Below, in pieces: positions 57,650 to 64,000 of a DNA stretch of 64,000 nt. The position numbers and the translations under genes were made by a program. Numbering within the stretch: the stretch's first letter is position 1; every line of letters starts with the position of its first letter. Below the pieces are notes generated by a model, which was given only the letters and a program-made list of their open reading frames with translations, was not told where the DNA came from and did no database searches. The stretch covers positions 62,001-126,000 of the forward strand of contig QPGO01000118.1 of assembly GCA_008632985.1 (NCBI GenBank), in the 5' to 3' direction. The stretch comes from Psammoneis japonica (lineage: Eukaryota).

Positions 57650-60600
57650 CTAGACCCTCATCGACGATTTAACATAGCATGGAGCACAGTGACGTCACCT
57701 CGCGAACCCCGTTTGCCGTGTTGGACGACACCAACAATGGCGACAATGGCGGTTCCAAATCGACGCCCACGAAACCCCCTGCTAAAAGAGCAAGAGTGGA
57801 GTCTCGAGAACTTTCCCTTCATACGAGTAAGGAAGTACAAGCAAAGAGATTGAGCGAGAAGACGTGCTGTAATTGCACCTTGGTGGGGTCAACTTGCCAA
57901 ACACGTGGTTGCTCATGCTGCAAACATGACCGACCATGCACCAACTGTGTTTGCTTCCATAAATGTAAGGACAAGGAAGGACTCCCAACATGTGGCTTAA
58001 GTGGCAGGCATTTGGACAAGAAGCAACGGAAGCTTCAACCCTCCCCGGAATCCAGTCCACTTCAGCCAAAAGTTTGTCATTCATCAATGACACCCCTGAT
58101 GCTGCCGACAAACAAAACAAAAACAATGCCAACACCAAAGCCAACAAGGAAAACATTGCTCCCTTTTTTTCAGCTTTGCTTCTCAGTGTCCTCTGATTTC
58201 TTTGACAACATTTCACGATGGGGGGCACTCCCTGTGATCAGGACGAGTTGGCTTGACAAAGCCCGGATCTGCTTTGCAGTTGCCTTCATCACCCACAGAG
58301 CCACTTGGCAGGGGGTCACTGAAACACACCTTGGTGTGTGGTCATCCTCTTGTGTTTGATGTTTGCCACCCCCTGTGAGCTGTTCAAGCACAAAGCCAAA
58401 ACCTTGCTGGACATGGTTGGCAAAGCGGGGTTGGGAAAGTTTGTCTGAAGAGGAAGACCTTCATGGTCACTCCTCTGGAGGCATCTCATTTAATTGGGAA
58501 ATTGTGGCCAGCATCTCAAAAGAGAAGAAAAACTCTGGGCTGAATGGTGCTGCCCTTGATGTCTTCCATCCACCAAGATGCAAAGGGCACTGGGGTCATC
58601 TGAAGGCGACCAATCTGAGAAAGGTGCACCCCAGCAGTCACATCTGCACTGATGCATTCTTGAGTTGCTTGTTGTGCTTGGTTGTCTCAGTGCACATCTG
58701 GCGGCAAATGTTTGGGAATCAAAGGTGCAAAGCAAGTTGCACAAAGGTGGGAAGATGGGAGCACCCAGTGAGGGTCATGCTGTTGTTCTGAAAGCAACTG
58801 ATGTTTGGTTTTGCACCCCTGTTGTGGACATTTTGAAGGTGTTGGTGGCCTGCTGGACAAATGGGAGGGTGACCAAGTTGCCCTCTTGGAGTGGCATTGT
58901 TGGCTCTTGGAAGCCATGGAAAGAAAGGAAATTGTGCTGCAAGATCTGCTGGGTAATTGGCAGCAGAACATCAGAAGGCACTGGACTTCAAGACTCCAAG
59001 GAAGTGAAGAGACTGTCCTTCAGATGTCAACCATGCAATGTGGCAGGCAAGGCAGCAAATCTGCTGGTGGCCAAGGTTTCTCTGTGCATCAGCCCCCATC
59101 TCAATTTGTGGAGGATCCAAGGGTGTTGGGAGAGGCACCTCTTGGCAAGTGGAACATTGGCTGTTGGGTGGCCAGCAGGGCAGTGATGGATGTCAACACA
59201 TTCTTTGTGCAGCAGATGGCATCAACCAACTGAAACTTCAGAAGTGTGACCTTGTTGGATTGCATGACAGACCAAATCAAGGTGACAAGAGCAGGCCAAC
59301 TGTCAACCGGCATGATGCCAAACTGACTCCTTGGCACATTTGACTCACAGCTTAGGTCAGGACTGCACCGGATCCTAGGAGCCTCTCACAAAAGGTCAGC
59401 TCAAGAGGCCTCCTCCATCATGTTTCAAGCAAGCAATGGGGGGGCTTGGTCAAAGAATGGGTGGCAGGCTGCCACAGCCAGTCTGGCTTGAAGGGTTGTG
59501 TTTGGAGGTGAGGGGCACTGTCCCTCCAACAAGCGGTGGTGCATCAGCAACCTCTGCTGAGTTGGAGGCCTTGAGAATGTGAGTGTGGAAATTGGGTGGG
59601 GCACTTGGTGAAATCAATGCCAAGGCAGACACCAGTGCATTCAAGTTCTCCAGCACAGGGGTGCTGTCTTGTGTGTCACAGAGTGTCAAGCATTGATGAC
59701 CCCCAGCACTTTGGATCAAGACCCTCCTGTGGGTGAGCTCAGGAGGCCTCCTCCATCATGTTTCAAGCAAGCAATGGGGGGGCTTGGTCAAAGAATGGGT
59801 GGCAGGCTGCCACAGCCAGTCTGGCTTGAAGGGTTGTGTTTGGAGGTGAGGGCACTGTCCCTCCAACAAGTGGTGGTGCATCAGCAACCTCTGCTGAGTT
59901 GGAGGCCTTGAGAATGTGAGTGTGGAAATTGGGTAGAGCACTTGGTGAAATCGACAGAAGGTCATGAAGTGGAGTTGGGACAAAGCACCATTGAGAAAGC
60001 AGTTGCAAGAGATCTCAGGACTTTTGTGGATGATTTGTGACAGAGTCTGAGGCTCACCTCAGCAAAGAAAATGCTTGGCAAGCAGGGCAATGAATGGCAT
60101 CTTGCCTTCTGTGCAGCACCTGCCTCAGCATTCAGAGTGTTGCCCACCACCCCTCTTGAGAGCCTGTGGGATCCATTTTCAGAGTTTTGGAGGAGGAGCT
60201 GACAGAGAGGGTGTCCCAAGCAAAATGAGACAAGGCAAAGGTTGTGATCAGAGAGCCACTTTGAGAAGCTCTGTCTCAAGAACTCAGCTGCTGGGTGTGG
60301 ACCTGCAGCTCTTGGACTTTGGCAATCTGTGGCCTGCAAGTTTCTCACACTCTTTTTTCCAAAAGAACTTCAATGGCAACTTTTAACTCATGGAGACCAC
60401 CAAATCAGCAAGCAAACAGATGGCTGTGCAACATCTGGAAAGGAGTTTGGGTTGTCAGCTGCAACACATTGTGAACAAGTGTGGGGAGTCACGCTGGGGG
60501 CATTGCACAGGGAAGAAAATGGAGGGGCCAAGTGCACCCCACACCATGCAAACTGTGTGTGCCTTGTGTTTCCTCAGAGGCCTTGAAGTGATCAGCTGGA

Positions 60601-62200
60601 TTTTGGTGCTGGTCAAACCTGTCTGCATTGCTGTTCATTCTCATGAGATTGATGTTGCTCCGTGAGGCTTTGGCGGTGCATCTGAAAGGGCTCAGGGCCC
60701 TTGTTTTTGAAGCCTGGCTGCTCAGTGTCACACCACACACTTGGGGCAAGGATGAAAAGCCAGAGTTGTCCAGGTGGAAGGAGATTGCCAACATGGGCAA
60801 ACTCAATTGAGGTGCTTGGCAAATTGGGTGACCTGTTGGGATCTGGCTGAGTTCATGTTTTCAATCAAAGACAACTCAGTGGCAGAAGCAGTGCTCAACA
60901 AGGGCACTTCTTTGAGCCCAAAGCTCTTTTGGCACATGTCATCTCCCTTTGGTCCATCTGAACAAAGCACAGCTTCGTTTTCTGGCTGGTGCATGGGGAT
61001 CAGATGCCAGGTGCTTCTTGACGAAATGAAGGGTTGGGGAGCAAATCCAGAAATCTGCCCCCCTTGCTCCAAGAATGAGCACTGATGCTGTGTGTGAATC
61101 TTTTTTTTTGGGTTGCTTTTTCTGTTTGTCTGCCTCAGCCCCTGGCATGATTTGGAAGCTTTGCTCTGCCCACCACCAAAATAAAGGAGTTCTGGCATTT
61201 GGTTGAGGCAAGAGCAAACAAGGCATGGCAGCAGCAGAGTTTGGTGGCAAATGGTGCCTTTGCATCTGCAGCAACCCATTTGCATCCTTGTCTTTGGATG
61301 TGTGAGCAATTGAAAAAAACTTCCCTGGAGATGATGCTCCAATGCTGTCAGCTGATCAGTCACAAAGGAGCAAGAGTTGGGGCTGAACAACCCACTCACA
61401 GGGGCGCAAAACAACACTGCACCATCACAATTTTTCAGTGTTGTTGGAGCCATTTCTTCAGGGTTGCTCATGGTGTGACATGAGCTTCAAGTCAGTGGAT
61501 CTTGTGCTGGTGTGCCCAGCAGGGCAAAATTCTTTGCACACACAGGTGGCCACTGATGTCCAGAGTTTCAACAGGGGTGGAAGCAAGAGATTGCATGATC
61601 CCCAGCAAGTTGTGCTGGGAGCTTCCAGGGTCATGAGCAAAGGGGCCATGAGTGCAAAATTTTTGCTGGGGTCTCTTCATCCCAGGCCATCCCCTCAGCC
61701 AATGTTGAGCTGCAAAACTCCAATTTTGATGTGGTGTCCCACCACAGCAATGCTTTGAAGAATTTGACAAGACTGGCTTTGGAGGCTGCACTTCTTGGCC
61801 TGATTCCATGCTCTCAGAAGACATCATTGACCACATTGATGATGCACATGACACCCAGTTGGGGTCTCTGGCTTGACAACTGTCATGGACACATCAGCAC
61901 CCAGTCAAATGCTTCAGTTGACAGCATTCTTTCCTTGAAAGCTGCTGCTTGTCTTCCACAAGCAATGCAGCCATGAAAACAATGGTGGTTTGTCAAACCT
62001 GACAACAGCACATTGTCAAGTTCAATGATTGGCATTTGAAGGTTGACAAGGGCCATTTGCACACAGGTCCAACACCCCCTGATGGGGGGCAGAGACACTT
62101 GCAAGTGTCAGCAGGGGCAGTCAGATGCGCCACAAAATGACACTGGCAAAGTGTGGGAAAACTGCAAAATCATGAGCTGTCAAAAAAAAGATCAAACCAA
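57650..62200 (+). mobile_element. Degenerate CRE/Ambal-like non-LTR retrotransposon
   Basis: Cys-rich N-terminus (CCNC..CQTRGCSCCK..CTNC) then decayed, correctly ordered remnants: ATWQG, SKLHKG..PSEGHAVVL, RHLLASG, EAWLLSV..ELS, DPQQV, SVDSIL..RAI. Confidence 0.55.
59398..59952. repeat. Direct repeat of ~215 bp (59398-59615, 59736-59952)
   Basis: GAGGCCTCCTCCATCATGTTTCAAGC...GCACTTGGTGAAATC present twice. Confidence 0.9.
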
Positions 62201-62404
62201 TGACCCACTCTCAAGAACCCCTCTCTGATGTGATGGAATTTGCATGTCAGAGGCAAATCTTGGCTCCCTCAATTTGAGTGCTTTGGGAAACATGGGTCAT
62301 GTGATCATGAAAATCAAACTGCACACAAATTTGGGTGTGCATGAGTTTGCCAAATTTTGGGCACAAATTTGGACATTCCTCCCTCTGTCACTTGAGATTT
62401 GGTC

Positions 62405-62970
62405 ACAAAAACAAACCACAGCTCCCTCTTCAGCAAGCCTCCAATGACCACACAAGAGCATTGATGAACACAAAAACTGCAAGAACACCCAAGAGTGATG
62501 ATGTCAGCACTGTGATGTGACTTGATGTTGACTTTGGTGCTTCAACATGTTGTGTGCTGCCACCAGCTGGTGCCCACAACTGCCACAATCTTGCCCCCCT
62601 GTCTCCTGTGCTGCAAGACCTGGGGCATGTCCATCTCAGCAGTCAAGCAAAAAATTGACAGCTGGCGAAGAGAGAGCTGCAGCAGAAAAGCAGCAGTGGG
62701 TGTTGCCAAGACCCCCACCACAAGTGCTTGCTTTCTCTTTGGCACAATCTCACCACTTTCTTCTTCAACAACAATGGACCCGCAAGAAGATTTTCTGTTT
62801 TCATGTTCTCCATTCGCTGTTCTAAAAGATCCCTGCCGGCACAAGGTGTCATTGCGCTGCGATTCTCGCTTTTCGTTTTCAGGTCTGTAGGGCCCTACAG
62901 CAAGTAAGTGGTGCTTCATAGACGGACAGACCTAAGATAGATTTAACCATCGCGGGACTGGACTCGTGAC
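62405..62970 (-). pseudogene. Mutated duplicate of the 5' end and upstream region of the MFS gene
   Basis: Aligns with ~54220-54870 (e.g. TGTGACTTGATGTTGACTTTG, TAGACGGACAGACC); SSCGSIVVEEES vs SSYGSLVVVEES. Confidence 0.85.
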
Positions 62971-63099
62971 TCATCACCGACTGTCCGCGTTCGGCAGGCA
63001 GCGATGATGGATGATGCGTTCAATGTTCAATGTACTGTATGTGGATGATGATGATGTTGTGTTTTGGAGTTTGTTTCTCGATGCAAGTCTTCATTTAGC

Positions 63100-64000
63100 A
63101 TGATGCGTTTGAATGTTGCCTTCCATCTTGTTTGCGCTCTTGGCGCTCTGAGCGGCACTGTTTCTGGCTTTGTGTCGCCTTCTCTTGATGCAACCATCAA
63201 ATTTGGGGTGAGAACGAATTGCCCTCTTGCATCACCACTGACAAAATGGGCGTCAGCTTCTGAAGATCACGAAGAAGATGCACGACAGGGAGGTTCTAGA
63301 TTCAAGGAAATGATGCAACAGGCACAGGCATCCGGCAGTTCATCTTTGCAGCGTGTACCTCCTCCACAGTATGAACCTTATGAGGAGCCACAGCAACCGG
63401 CGTCTCAGCCAAAAATCTCCGTGGATAACTTGTCTGTGGAAGATCAGGCTCTTTTGTTTCGACAATTCATGGCCAATCAGCAGCAGCCAGCCGTACTGCC
63501 TTCTCCTCCAAAGCAAATGAGGGGGGGAGTCGATGCACAGGGACGAAAGATTGGACGCAATAGGGATGCCGATTCGATTGCAAACTCCTCCGATGTGTAC
63601 TTTGCCCAGCTCAAAAGGGATTCGACTATACGGATACAGGCACGCATGCGTGGAGATGAAGAAACAGCTCAAAAAGTCTTTGCTGACCCAAGTATAAAGG
63701 AAATTGAAGAACAGTTAAGGAAGAATCCATACTTGACCGAGTAAGTTTGAAACGAGCCATGAATTTTCGTAACGGTTCCTATGTACCTTGTGATACTTTC
63801 TGACCACCATTCTTTATGTCATGTACTACTCTCTACTCTAGGCAGGAAGCTAGAAGCCGCTCGTTCATTGAGGGCACTTCTCAAGAAGAATCGTTGATTG
63901 TCGTTCCGGAGAAGGATAAGACGGACAAGCCTGAGACATACGCTGGAGTCAGCTTTCGCAAAAAGCTGGAGGAGGCGAAACGAAAAACGGCTGGAAGTGG
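63100..64000 (+). CDS. Plastid-targeted uncharacterised protein, intron 63741-63841, runs off window
   Basis: Signal peptide + VSG-FVSP motif; GTAAGT..CTAG intron keeps the frame open to the window end. Confidence 0.75.

Overview
Eukaryotic nuclear DNA, most likely from a pennate diatom (short GT-AG introns, bipartite plastid-targeting N-termini, diatom-type TE families). Ordinary host genes (phytochelatin synthase, rhomboid-like protein, ubiquitin-like family, ARM-MYND pair, TLDc, PP2C, kinesin, MFS, methyltransferase) alternate with TE blocks: two copies of a DIRS/Ngaro-type tyrosine-recombinase retroelement relic, a 13.3-kb TIR element holding a hAT transposon and a Ty3/Gypsy LTR element, several MITEs, a Crypton-like fragment and a CRE-like non-LTR relic. 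The main signal is a repeat-targeted, RIP-like hypermutation. Inside the TE blocks both CpG and, unusually, TpA are converted to TpG/CpA. The A>G change prefers 5'-TAY-3', so Tyr codons become Cys/His. It spreads a few hundred bp into neighbouring gene copies but largely spares duplicated host genes and young MITEs. A second notable item is an apparent kinesin-4/MAP65(PRC1/Ase1) fusion gene. All alignments and counts were done by eye, and family assignments rest on recalled motifs, not database searches.
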